Positions 11,188 through 21,899 of a DNA stretch of 64,000 nucleotides are shown in pieces. Below the pieces are notes generated by a model. That model was given only the letters and a program-made list of their open reading frames with translations, searched no databases and was not told the origin of the DNA. Numbering within the stretch: the stretch's first letter is position 1; every line of letters begins with the position of its first letter. The stretch is from an uncultured Methanosarcinaceae archaeon (GTDB lineage: Archaea; Halobacteriota; Methanosarcinia; Methanosarcinales; Methanosarcinaceae): positions 480,001-544,000 of the forward strand of contig CAVTET010000003.1 of the NCBI GenBank assembly GCA_963733675.1, read 5' to 3'. The translations under genes were made by a program, and so were the position numbers.

Positions 11188-12525
11188 ATGAAAGTATTAT
11201 TTATAGGAACTTATATTCCAAAAGAATGTGGGATTGCTACATTTACATCTGATATTTTAAATTCGGTTTCTGGGGCAAACAACAACATCCATTGTGACGT
11301 TATTGCTGTGAGCGATCCTTCTGAAAATTGTAATTATCCAGACGAAGTTGTTTTTCAAATTGAAAGAAACAAGCTCGAAGATTACTATCGAGCTGCAGAT
11401 TTTATAAATAGTTCCGATGCAGACGTTATCTGTCTCCAACACGAATTCGGTCTTTTTGGAGGGGACGCAGGAGATTACATTTTTTATCTTCTATCAGAAA
11501 TAAGCAAGCCTGTAATAACAACAATGCATGCTGTGATTTTGGAGCCTGAACTTGAGTATAGAGTATCCACTGAAAAGCTAGTGATGCATTCCGACAAACT
11601 TGTTGTAATGAGCCAGACTGCAGTCAACATACTAAAAGATGGTTATGGAGTTTCTGAAGACAAAATCGAAGTTATCTTCCATGGAATGCCGGACTATCCA
11701 TTTAGCAATTGTGATAAGTATAAAAAGATACTGAATCTCAAAGGGTCTCCACTTATCCTTACTTTTGGCTTGCTGAGCCAAAACAAAGGTATCGAAATTA
11801 TGCTCAAAGCCCTTCCTGATGTTGTAAATCAATATCCTGATCTTGTTTACCTTATACTGGGCGCCACGCATCCTAAGATAAAAAAGAAATATGGAGAAAC
11901 ATACCGGAAATATCTTAAGAGCATTGTTTCTGGACTTGAGATCGAGAATAATGTAGTATTCCATGACAAATTTGTTGAAAAAGAAGAACTCTGCAATTAT
12001 ATCCTTGCCAGTGACATTTATGCATGTCCCTATCCTTCCAAAGAACAGGTCGTCAGCGGTACTCTGACCTATGCCATAGGCATGGGAAAAGCAATCGTTT
12101 CCACTCCTTACTGGTATGCTGAGGAAATGCTTTCCGATGATCGTGGATTACTCGTAGATTTCGGAAATGTTGACGGTTTTAAAAAATCTCTCTTATACTT
12201 AATTGAAAATCCAGAAAAATGTAATATTATGCGTGAAAATGCATACTATTTTGGCAGAAAAATGACATGGAAAAACGTTAGTGAGGAATATATTACTGTC
12301 TTCAATAAGGCTTTAAATAACTACACCACTTATCCCAAAATACAAAATATATTTAATTTCCTTCCAAATAAACTGCCTGAAGTAAAAGTTGGCCACCTTA
12401 AGCAATTGACTTATGAGGTAAGCATTGTACAGCATGCCTGTCTTGATTTAGTACCGGCTCTCCACCATAGATACAACCTTGATAATGGGGACATAAGGCT
12501 TTCCAGTGATCCCAAAAAAGGGTGA
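11188..12525 (+). CDS. Glycosyltransferase family 4, apparently truncated at the start of its C-terminal domain
   Basis: GTYIPKECGIATFT, QHEFGLFGG, TFGLLSQNKGIE, SGTLTYA and STPYWYAEEML; tail HLKQLT..IVQHA resembles the start of the extra domain in longer homologs. Confidence 0.85.
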   Translation: MKVLFIGTYIPKECGIATFTSDILNSVSGANNNIHCDVIAVSDPSENCNYPDEVVFQIERNKLEDYYRAADFINSSDADVICLQHEFGLFGGDAGDYIFYLLSEISKPVITTMHAVILEPELEYRVSTEKLVMHSDKLVVMSQTAVNILKDGYGVSEDKIEVIFHGMPDYPFSNCDKYKKILNLKGSPLILTFGLLSQNKGIEIMLKALPDVVNQYPDLVYLILGATHPKIKKKYGETYRKYLKSIVSGLEIENNVVFHDKFVEKEELCNYILASDIYACPYPSKEQVVSGTLTYAIGMGKAIVSTPYWYAEEMLSDDRGLLVDFGNVDGFKKSLLYLIENPEKCNIMRENAYYFGRKMTWKNVSEEYITVFNKALNNYTTYPKIQNIFNFLPNKLPEVKVGHLKQLTYEVSIVQHACLDLVPALHHRYNLDNGDIRLSSDPKKG

Positions 12526-12728
12526 TTTTAAATTAAAATAAATATCAAAAATATGGGGATTTGAGCGATTGGACTGAGAAATCAATAAGCTTAAAAACCT
12601 CAAACTATCTATAAAATAAATTTGAGCACAGCATCTATTGTGCTTTATTTGATATTTCAAGTACATAATTGCGAAATATCATTGATTAATATAATTTATT
12701 GGTTAAATTACAATAGGGAGAGTAAAAT

Positions 12729-12836
12729 ATGGCGGATTTGATAGGACTTGCGGTGATACTTTTAGTATTAGCATTGATTGCATATATACTGGGTGCACGT
12801 GGAATTGCTGGTTTTCCCCCTCTCTTGGTAACATGA
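12729..12836 (+). pseudogene. DUF1328/UPF0391 small membrane protein, 3'-truncated
   Basis: MADLIGLAVILLVLALIAYILGARGIAGF followed by unrelated PPLLVT*; overlaps the Nramp ATG. Confidence 0.65.
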
Positions 12837-14172
12837 CCAAATCATCACAATCCACATCATCCGTAATAAAACAATATAAGGAAAATAAGGCATTATTGCT
12901 CCTAAAATATCTGAAAGGCCTGCTTAAAAGTCTCGGTCCAGGTTTCATCACCGGCGCATCTGATGACGACCCCCCCGGTATCGCGACCTATGCGCAAACA
13001 GGCGCAATATTTGGATACAGTCAACTTTGGCTTGTTTGGTTTACGTGTCCGTTAATGATCGTAATCCAGCAGATGTGTGGTCGGATCGGGATGGTAACGG
13101 GGAAAGGGCTAGCTGGTGTCATCCTCGAACATTACTCGAGACGAGTGCTATACATAACGATCTAGTTGCTTGTGATTGCGAACACGACCAACGTTGACAC
13201 AGATCTAGGAGCGATGGCTACCTCGGCACAGATGTTGTTGAGATTACCGTTTCTTTTTTGGTTAGTTCTCATTACGGGGTCTGTCATCGCCCTTGAGGTA
13301 TTTGTCCCTTATACGACCTACTCGAAGATCCTTAGGTACCTAGCATTGACCCTCTTCGCGTACGTTCTGACAGCTTTCGTCATCAAGCTAGACTGGAGAA
13401 CCATTTTTCACGTCACGCTGATCCCACATCTTGAGTTTTCGGCAGACTACCTGCTCAACATCGTCGCGGTCCTGGGCACTACGATTTCCCCGTATATGTT
13501 CTTCTGGCAGGCGTCGGAGGAAGTTGAGGAGGAGATCGTGAAGGGCAAAATTTCAGATATTGGTATCGAGAAACCATGTGTGACGCGACGAGGTATAACC
13601 TAGATGGATGGGGACACATGCATTGGAATGCTTTTTTCCCAGATCATCATATGTTTTTCATCATTGTCACAACTGCAGTCACCATACACGCCGGTGGGAT
13701 CACTACAATCCAGACCGCGACACAGGCAGCTGAGGCTCTGCGGCCTCTAGCTGGCGACCTCGCCTACCTGCTCTTCGCAGCTGGGATCATAGGCACTGGG
13801 CTCCTAGCAGTTCCGGTGATGGCCGGAGCATCGGCTTATGCCATTGCCGAAACGGCCAGACTGAATCAGGGACTCGGCAAGAAGCCTGGCTGGGCCCCGG
13901 GGTTCTACGCAGTAATTGCCATATCCACGTTTGTCGGCATGTTCCTGGATTGGTTCGGAATTAACCCAATAAAGGCCCTCTACTATACGGCCGTTTTGAA
14001 CGGCCTAGTCGCGCCACCACTTATGGCATTGATCGTAATGATTGCAAACAGGAAGGACATCATGGGCCGATTCATTAACTCGAAAGCGACCAATGTCTTG
14101 GGATGGATAATCGTGCTGATCATGGCTCTGGTCGGGGTGGCACTAATCTTCAACTCGGCAACGGGACAGTGA
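12833..14172 (+). pseudogene. Nramp/MntH-like divalent metal transporter, disrupted
   Basis: LGPGFITGASDDDP, GTTISPYMFFWQ and GIIGTGLLAVPV; TAG at 13163 and 13601 and a frameshift near 13630-13650; visibly GC-richer than the flanks. Confidence 0.9.
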
Positions 14173-14423
14173 CTTTTCGATGAATGCCCTCAATCCACAT
14201 CAGGAAATGAGTTTGATCGCAAAATGTGATTCTCGATACTATGAATATTGCAGGATTCGTTAGTAAGGAAATCGATAGATTTTGGCCTGCATGTTAAGAC
14301 TCTATCCGAAAAATCAATAATATCATGTTGTAAATTCGTAGATTCCAGAGGTACAGACGGCTTTAGAAATCCCGTTTATATTTAATTGAAAATTCCGTTC
14401 TTTTATTCTTGTGAGGGATACAT

Positions 14424-15398
14424 TTGAACAGGGGAATCTTAGGAAAAGTCATCTTGGTCCTTCTTTTACTACTCATACCAGGACTATTTCTTCTCCGGAC
14501 CTACTGGATATATATCGTGCCCATTTTGGAAGAAATCTTGAAAACACTCCGAGAAACCAGAATAAGTTATTTTATCCTGGCCATCTCAGTCTACCTACTA
14601 AGTGTGTACTTATTTGCAGTCCGTTGGCGGCAGGCTCTATTCTGTGTTGGGTATGATATAAAAGCTACAAGACTCGTTCCCATTTATTTCGGAGCAATAC
14701 TCATCAATAACATCACTCCTGCAGATCCGACAGGAGGAGAGCCACTTCGGATATTATTAGTGAACAAACGGTTTGGAATAAGCTATATTGACGCTTTTAA
14801 AACAATCCTCTTCGAAAGATTGGTCGAAGCAATCCCTATTGCACTTTTATTAATTTATGTTCTATATTCGTTTCCTTTTTTAGATATTAAATTCTTATCC
14901 CAAACAAATAGTCTAGTGTTAAAATCAATCCATCTATTAATATTAGTCTTCCTAGCAATAGGGATTGTAATCTGGTTTTTCCGAGCGAAATTTGTTTCTC
15001 TTTACAGGAATATGCAGCAAAGTTGGAAACAGCTTAAAAAAGCATTTCTTCCTGTTATCCTTTTATCCTGTGGTGTCTGGATCCTTGATATAATCCGTTT
15101 AGAATTAGTTGCTTCATCCCTTAACATTCATCTTCCCCTAAACGAGATTGTAACAGTCTCAATCTTCTCATTCCTACTTGGACTCCTCCCATTAACCCCG
15201 GGTGGCCTTGGAATAATTGAAGGGGGTCTGATCTCTCTGCTTCTGTATTTTGGTTTTACCTGTCGCCTCTGCAGGCACTTTCGTGCTTTTGGAGCGTTTT
15301 ATCTCTTATGGGATCAGCAGCTTAATGGACTTATATCCCTATCTTATTACGGACGATACAATAATATGGAGAAAAGCAAAAAAATAAAACTGCATTGA
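14424..15398 (+). CDS. Lysylphosphatidylglycerol synthase TM / flippase-like (UPF0104) protein
   Basis: RW, NNITP..GGEP.R, ER and PLTPGGLGIIEG motifs; scrambled patch near the C-terminus. Confidence 0.85.
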   Translation: MNRGILGKVILVLLLLLIPGLFLLRTYWIYIVPILEEILKTLRETRISYFILAISVYLLSVYLFAVRWRQALFCVGYDIKATRLVPIYFGAILINNITPADPTGGEPLRILLVNKRFGISYIDAFKTILFERLVEAIPIALLLIYVLYSFPFLDIKFLSQTNSLVLKSIHLLILVFLAIGIVIWFFRAKFVSLYRNMQQSWKQLKKAFLPVILLSCGVWILDIIRLELVASSLNIHLPLNEIVTVSIFSFLLGLLPLTPGGLGIIEGGLISLLLYFGFTCRLCRHFRAFGAFYLLWDQQLNGLISLSYYGRYNNMEKSKKIKLH

Positions 15399-15849
15399 AT
15401 AGTGATAAATGACATAGAATCACAGAAACGTATATGTAGTTTGTAATAGAGGTCATTTTCTAAAATACAAATTCATTAAGTGCAAATCTTTTAAAGCTCT
15501 CACGTATTCACCCTAAAGTCTTAAAATGTCATCTACAAGGAAAAAATAATGAGTTTTCGATAGCCTCAAAAATGCTGAGCGAAGATAAGGCACAAAAAAT
15601 AGCCCAACAGTATTTTTGATTTTCACTATCAAAAAACAAATATATGTTAATAATTATTTTTTTCTGACATTTTCTATTTAGAATTGTGTTTCTGGTTAAT
15701 TAGTTTCAAGTGTTCCAAGAGCTCCAGATGTTCTAGGAGTTCCATAAGCTCCATGAGTAATAGATCTTCGATATTCTCTTATTCTGGATGGAAATTAGCA
15801 AATACACTACTTTTTTCTAATCTATCGAACAGCAATGTTTATTCTTTAT

Positions 15850-16158
15850 TTAATGTTCACATTTCGCTTTGATTTTAAGAGTTGTATCGCGATGTTCACT
15901 CCATATAAAATTTACAACTAAAAATTTTTTTTCCATTGTATGTTTGACATGAATAAGGCGATGCGCTGCGACGTCTTTTATCTCGTCGAAACGGCCGGTT
16001 TTGCCTTGTGGGTTGTCTTCATCGTAGAAAATAATATCCCATTTTCCTTCATCTGGTGATGAAATTTCTAAATCAGATTCCATTTTTTTCTCATGCTCTA
16101 TCTCTTTATGCCATGTCCCTTGCCCATTCTTGATTGGTATATCTACAACATTTTCCAT
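15850..16158 (-). CDS. Hypothetical protein
   Basis: 102-aa ORF preceded by an AGGAG RBS; no family recognised. Confidence 0.6.
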   Translation of the reverse strand: MENVVDIPIKNGQGTWHKEIEHEKKMESDLEISSPDEGKWDIIFYDEDNPQGKTGRFDEIKDVAAHRLIHVKHTMEKKFLVVNFIWSEHRDTTLKIKAKCEH

Positions 16159-16664
16159 TATAACTTCTCCTTTATTTTGACTTGAAATTTGATTCCTTAG
16201 TTTCTGTATATATTTGACTGGTCACAGTAGTTTATGGATTATACAGAATTTCAATAAATCTCTTAATTGAATAAAGCGCTTATATAAAGATTATATACAC
16301 AAATCCCAAAATTGGAGATTTTGTCGAAATTCTGTATGGATTTATCTTTTGAATATACTTTAAATTATTTTTTAAAAAAAATAGTTCATCAATAAAAATT
16401 TCTGTTTCATAAAATGTTTTAATCTTGAACTTCCATCAAATTAAATGTAGAAGTGCTTTTAAATTTGGGTTTAGGATAAAAGAATACGTAGGTTTTCACA
16501 CAAAAACTGTGCATGAATAAAACGATAAATCTTATTTTTTATGGTAAAGGAAATAAGATTTCAATAACTCTCATTTTTAGTTGGTTGTTTATTATACCTA
16601 TAATAGGCAATTTGTTGAAATCGAAAGTTTATTGAAATTTTCTATAGTTTACTTTAAATCAGTC

Positions 16665-17141
16665 CTAAGCACATGCTTTTCCCCTTACAACCATAACAGG
16701 AATTTTCGAGTGGCGAGTTAAATTTCCTGCAACGCTGCCTATAAGTATTCTATCCACTCCTGTCTTTTCGAGAGTGCCCATAATAACAATATCCATTTTT
16801 TCTTCATCTGCATACCGGATCAACTCGTTCGAGGGATTGCCTTCAAGCAGGATAGATTTTACGTTTATTCCTTTCGCCTTTCCTAAACTTTTTATATAAT
16901 CTACAGCCTGTTGCCCTTGATTTTTCAAGGCTTCACGTATAGATTCTCAATAAGGATTTGTACTCACAGAAGAATAGGCACCACCATCCATATCAAATAA
17001 GTAGGCTGTTGACATCACATAGACTGCATAAACCGTTCCCCCACTTAATCGAGCAAGCTCTATTCCTTTCTCAATAGCTAGGTTGGAGCAGTCAGAGCCG
17101 TCGGTTGCGATCATTATCTTCTTATAATCAATCTTTATCAT
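16665..17141 (-). pseudogene. Universal stress protein (UspA family) with a nonsense mutation
   Basis: KKIMIATDGS...GNPSNELI...IVIMGT...IGSVA..PVMVV; in-frame TGA at 16947-16949. Confidence 0.9.
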
Positions 17142-17505
17142 GTAAAATCCTCAAGTGTATCCTTTCTTGGAAGAAATATAATAGCATCGGAATTTGCGAC
17201 GTGAAAAAGCGATGGATTTTTTTAATTTGTGAATTTTTTTAATCTTTTCCACATGGAAGAAGTAAAAATCAGTTATTAACAAGAAAGTTGTGATTAATTC
17301 ATAATGATCCCACTTTCCATAAATGTATACAAAAATGTCGTATATTTTCTCAATATGACAATAGCTTAAAAATTAATATAATCTTCAATGAATAATAGTG
17401 GTCAATAGGCAAATAAATTCTATATCTGTGTACATCTGCGGAATGTCGAATAAATCGAACATAATGAGCTAGTTTATAGAAGATTTATACAGAGCCACTC
17501 GAGTT

Positions 17506-18224
17506 TTATGGTTTTACAGAAAATCGATATACTGTCGATAAATTCTTACTGAAAATACTCATCCTCAAATGTTTATCTTTTTTCATGTTAAGTAGCCAGC
17601 TTACAGAGATGAAGACGATAACCGCAATAGTTGTGTAAAAAGCAATAAGCAAAAGGGAATCATATTTACCCTGCAAGAGAGGATTTGTGTTACCTATCTG
17701 CTCATTGGATGGATACATAATATCCTGCAGATTACTGCTGTGATCCACCAATCCCAAGGCATGACCTAATTCATGCTCTGCAATGGCAAACATTGCTGTA
17801 TCACTATATGGTATCCATCATCCACTGACGATTTCCAACTCCAAGTATAATATCTACGTATACAAATAGGCCATTGGCAATACGTTGGATTGTTTCACCT
17901 GCAACTCTATGAAGAGCACCTTGATCTTTCTGCAGGTTTGCGTTCTATCTTATCCTGATTCAGCATCTCTGAATTCACGATCTCAAAAACAGGAAGGTAC
18001 TTCAGTTTTTCATTTCCTCTCTACCCAGTGATTCAGAACTTTTTCTATATCTACATAATAGTGGGATCATAATGGAGAGAAACAGTTTGTTATCTATAAA
18101 TACAGTTACAGGGGATTATCCCGTAGCGATTTAAAATTATTGGGTAACTAAATTCAGCAGTTGTTGAGATTGTGGGCGAAATAAGTACTATCAACAATAA
18201 TAAAAAGAGGAATCTTATTGCATA
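17506..18224 (-). pseudogene. Matrixin-family (M10-like) metalloprotease, frameshifted
   Basis: HELGHALGLVDH..DIMYP zinc motif and Met-turn; upstream part broken by stops and frameshifts. Confidence 0.75.
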
Positions 18225-18411
18225 CCTACATGGTTGGTTAATACAAATCTACCTCTGCATTATGTTAGTATTTAACTTAATGAATTATACTTTCTCTCTG
18301 AATGAAACTTTTCTAGTGGAAGTGACTGAATATCATTCTTCAATGTTTTGAACCCTTTTTCAACAAAAACTGTGCATAAAAACATGCTATCCTAAAAATA
18401 TTGTTTTAAAA

Positions 18412-18508
18412 TATAGAGGATTTCGATAAACTCCTAAATTTCGTCCTATATTTACAAAATATATATAAATTACTCGTAAAAATCAGAGGTTTATCGAAAT
18501 CCTCTATA
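18412..18508 (+). mobile_element. ~95-bp MITE-like element (family M), best-preserved copy
   Basis: Perfect 20-bp terminal IR TATAGAGGATTTCGATAAAC...GTTTATCGAAATCCTCTATA. Confidence 0.75.
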
Positions 18509-18652
18509 ATTATCCCCCCAACTCTAAAATGCTATCATGAAAATTACTTCAATTCAGAGTATTGACCAGCTGAGTATGGGTTTTTATATAGGATTTCTAC
18601 ATAATTTTGAATATTGTTTTGTTTGGGCAGTGTTATTTGGGATGATAATATT

Positions 18653-21106
18653 ATGGTTGGACAGAAATCTCCTACTGAAGAGTACATAGAAATATCCATC
18701 GAGGAAACTATCAAACGATTAAGTACTGACCAGAAAATGGGCTTATCGATGGAAAGCATTAAAGAGAGAATTCACAGAATTGGTTATAACGAGGTTCCTG
18801 AGAAAAAACAAAATGCTCTGCTAAATTTTTTCAAGAGATTGTGGGGCCTGACACCTTGGATGCTTGAAATCACCATAGCTCTCTCTTACGTATTAAAACG
18901 GTATGTAGACCTCATCGTCATAACTTTCCTGCTATTTATGAACGCTGTACTGGGTTTTTTCCAGGAGCAGCAATCCTCACGGGCTGTGGAATCTCTCAAA
19001 AAGAAGCTCAACGTTAAGGCGAAAGTGCTCCGGGCCGGAAACTGGTTATCCATAAATTCTAGAGACCTGGTGCCTGGTGACATCGTGAGAGTGCGAACTG
19101 GAGATTTCGTTCCGGCAGACATTAAGATAATCGATGGAGATATAGAGGTTGACCAATCGGCACTGACCGGAGAATCCTTTGCTTCAGAGAAAAAAAAGGA
19201 GGATATTCTCTATTCGGGCTCAGTTATCCGGAAGGGTGAAGCTACTGGTGTAGTGGTATCTACTGGCGTGCAGACCTATTTCGGTCGGACAGCACAATTG
19301 GTTAATATTGCCAAACCAAGAATGTATGTCGAAGAAGTCATCACTAACCTGCTCAAGTGGCTTCTTTCGATGGTAGTCATTTTGCTCGCCATTGCTTTTG
19401 TTGTGTCTTATATCAGAGGCATTAACCTTGTCGAAATATTGCCATTGGCACTTATATTGTTGGTCTCATCCATTCCCGTTGCACTTCCCACAATGTTCAC
19501 GGTTACCATGGCTCTGGGTTCGCTGGAACTAGCTAAAAAGGGGATGCTAGTGACGAGGCTCAATGCCTCGCAAGATGCATCCATGATGGATTTGCTATGC
19601 GTAGATAAAACAGGCACAATCACCTCAAATAAACTCTCAGTAGCCGATATTACTGCGTTGGACATCTATACAAAAGAAGACGTAGTTCGCTATGGAGCAC
19701 TTGCGTCTAGTGAGGCAAACCAGGATCCCATCGACATCGCTTTTATTGCAGCCGCAAAAAAGAAAGGTCTCGATATCGACAAGTATGCCCAGATCAGCTT
19801 CACGCCTTTTGATCCCACCAACCGGAGAACAGAATCAATCGTACAAAAAAACGATGAAAGAATTCAGGTGGTTAAGGGTGCGGTAACGGTCCTGGCAACT
19901 TTATGTGGCTACGATACTGAAAAAATCTCCGTTCTGGATAAAAAAATGGGTGAATATGCCGAAAAAGGTTACAGAACTCTAGCCGTTGCGGTGGAAAAAA
20001 TGGGGTTTCGGATGGAGCTTGTAGGCATGGTAGCCCTCTATGATGCGCCCAGGCCAGAATCTGCGAAGCTAATCTCTGAGCTTAAGGAACTTGGAATCAC
20101 GACAAAGATGCTTACGGGAGATTCGTTGGTAGTGGCAAAAGAAGTTGCAAAAGAAGTAGGCATTGAAGGGAGTATCATCAAGGTGTCTGAGTTGAGAGAG
20201 ATAAAGAACTCGTCACCACAAAAAGTGATTCAGATTAGTGAGCAAAGTGGTGGCTTTGCCGAAATTTATCCAGAGGATAAGTACCTTATCGTAAAACAAT
20301 TTCAAGAAAAAATGCACATTGTTGGCATGACCGGAGACGGGGTGAACGATGCTCCTGCATTAAGGCAGGCAGAGGTGGGGATTGCAGTGAGCAGCGCTAT
20401 GGATATTGCAAAAGGTGCTGCAAGTGTAGTCCTTACTCATGAAGGTCTGGCTGAGATAATTGAGCTAGTTAAAACAGGAAGACAAATACACCAGCGGATA
20501 TCTACATGGATTCTTAACAAGATTATCAAGACATTCGAGATAGTGCTGTTTGTGGTTCTTGCATTCCTGATTACTGGAGAATACATCATCGGCGCTTTTG
20601 AGATCGTTTTGTTACTCTTTTTGATTGATTTCGTCACCATAGCTATAGCGACAGACAACGTCAGGCCATCTCAGACTCCAGAGTCGTGGGATATAGCATC
20701 GTTGGCAAGAGTTGCAATACTTCTGGGCATTTTAATGGTAACTGAATCTTTCGGGCTACTATATATCGGGATGAACCACCTGGGACTCACAGCCAACACA
20801 GGGCTACATACATTTGTCTTTGACATGCTAATTTTCGGAGGTATGTTCACCATACTTGTGGTGAGAGATAAGGGCTATTTCTGGGAGTCTATTCCCAGCA
20901 AAACACTCATGACAGTAATATGTGCCGAGGTGGTCATAACTTTTGCCATCTCAACTTTTGGAATCCCAGGCCTGATGCCGATAGCTGCTAATTTCATATT
21001 TCTAGTGATGGTATGGTATTTTGCATTTGCCTTGATTATTAATGACATTGTCAAGGTCAACGTATTCAAATATTTTATACATAATTATGTGAAGAAGCAA
21101 AATTGA
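18653..21106 (+). CDS. Plasma-membrane proton-efflux P-type ATPase (type IIIA)
   Basis: DQSALTGES, IPVALP, DKTGT, DPID, KGA, MLTGD and MTGDGVNDAPAL motifs. Confidence 0.95.
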   Translation: MVGQKSPTEEYIEISIEETIKRLSTDQKMGLSMESIKERIHRIGYNEVPEKKQNALLNFFKRLWGLTPWMLEITIALSYVLKRYVDLIVITFLLFMNAVLGFFQEQQSSRAVESLKKKLNVKAKVLRAGNWLSINSRDLVPGDIVRVRTGDFVPADIKIIDGDIEVDQSALTGESFASEKKKEDILYSGSVIRKGEATGVVVSTGVQTYFGRTAQLVNIAKPRMYVEEVITNLLKWLLSMVVILLAIAFVVSYIRGINLVEILPLALILLVSSIPVALPTMFTVTMALGSLELAKKGMLVTRLNASQDASMMDLLCVDKTGTITSNKLSVADITALDIYTKEDVVRYGALASSEANQDPIDIAFIAAAKKKGLDIDKYAQISFTPFDPTNRRTESIVQKNDERIQVVKGAVTVLATLCGYDTEKISVLDKKMGEYAEKGYRTLAVAVEKMGFRMELVGMVALYDAPRPESAKLISELKELGITTKMLTGDSLVVAKEVAKEVGIEGSIIKVSELREIKNSSPQKVIQISEQSGGFAEIYPEDKYLIVKQFQEKMHIVGMTGDGVNDAPALRQAEVGIAVSSAMDIAKGAASVVLTHEGLAEIIELVKTGRQIHQRISTWILNKIIKTFEIVLFVVLAFLITGEYIIGAFEIVLLLFLIDFVTIAIATDNVRPSQTPESWDIASLARVAILLGILMVTESFGLLYIGMNHLGLTANTGLHTFVFDMLIFGGMFTILVVRDKGYFWESIPSKTLMTVICAEVVITFAISTFGIPGLMPIAANFIFLVMVWYFAFALIINDIVKVNVFKYFIHNYVKKQN

Positions 21107-21164
21107 TACCATTATAAAATGTGCTATTACACGATTCTATTAATTCATCCAATGAAGCAAACAT

Positions 21165-21423
21165 CTGATCTTTTTTTCTATTTCAGGGGAATATTGATGT
21201 ACCCATCTCATGATTGTTGTATGGTCGACTTTTACTCCCCTTTCTGCCATCATTTCCTTTAAATTTCTATAACTTAATGCATATTTTAAGTACCACCTCA
21301 CATTCAATAGAATAATTTCTCCTTCATAATGCTTCCATTTAAAGGAATTAGATAGCATGTTACTATCTTTGGTTTTCTTTTTATTCTATTGTATCATCAG
21401 AAAGGATTTTTTGCAACGGAACC
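21165..21423 (-). mobile_element. Truncated IS6 copy C (left end plus 5' transposase)
   Basis: IR ends at 21423; transposase similarity stops after YSPEIEKKIR. Confidence 0.9.
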
Positions 21424-21605
21424 ATATTTAATACACCAGAGATCCAAAGGCCATGATTCCTTGGAACCTGTCAAGACAACTTTTAAGATAAGAGCAGAAA
21501 GCTGTCACCAAAAAGCAACTATTATTTCTTCCATGCTTAAAACTGTAGAGAACAAAAGCTTGGAAAAAATATTTTCCCCCCTTAGAATCCCCGTTTTCCC
21601 TCGGT

Positions 21606-21899
21606 TCATAAGGGATTCAAAAGTATTTTTATATCTTCTTCGACGATTGTGTTTGGCCTTATGCTGAAATTATCTTCCAGCACTTTGAGAACGTGCGGAG
21701 ATATACAGGCCGGAAGTGTAGGACCAAGGGTTATGTTCTTTATTCCAAGGCTTAGGAGAGCAAGTAGGACGAGAACGGCTTTTTGTTCGTACCAAGCTAT
21801 GTTATAGAATACAGGCAAGTCATTAATGTCCTTGAGATCAAAGGCTTCCGCAAGTTTTTCGGCTATTACCACAAGTGAGTAAGAATCATTACACTATCC
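21606..21899 (-). pseudogene. hcp: C-terminal fragment of hybrid cluster protein (hydroxylamine reductase)
   Basis: [18 protein letters not shown]...[28 protein letters not shown]; cut by IS6 copy D. Confidence 0.9.

Noticed and set aside
12833-14172. Nramp as a functional pyrrolysine-containing protein
   Set aside because: It also has a frameshift, so amber readthrough cannot rescue it
18886-21069. Short antisense or alternate-frame ORFs over the ATPase (likewise over thiolase, HMG-CoA synthase, lon and traB)
   Set aside because: They overlap confident genes and carry no recognisable motifs
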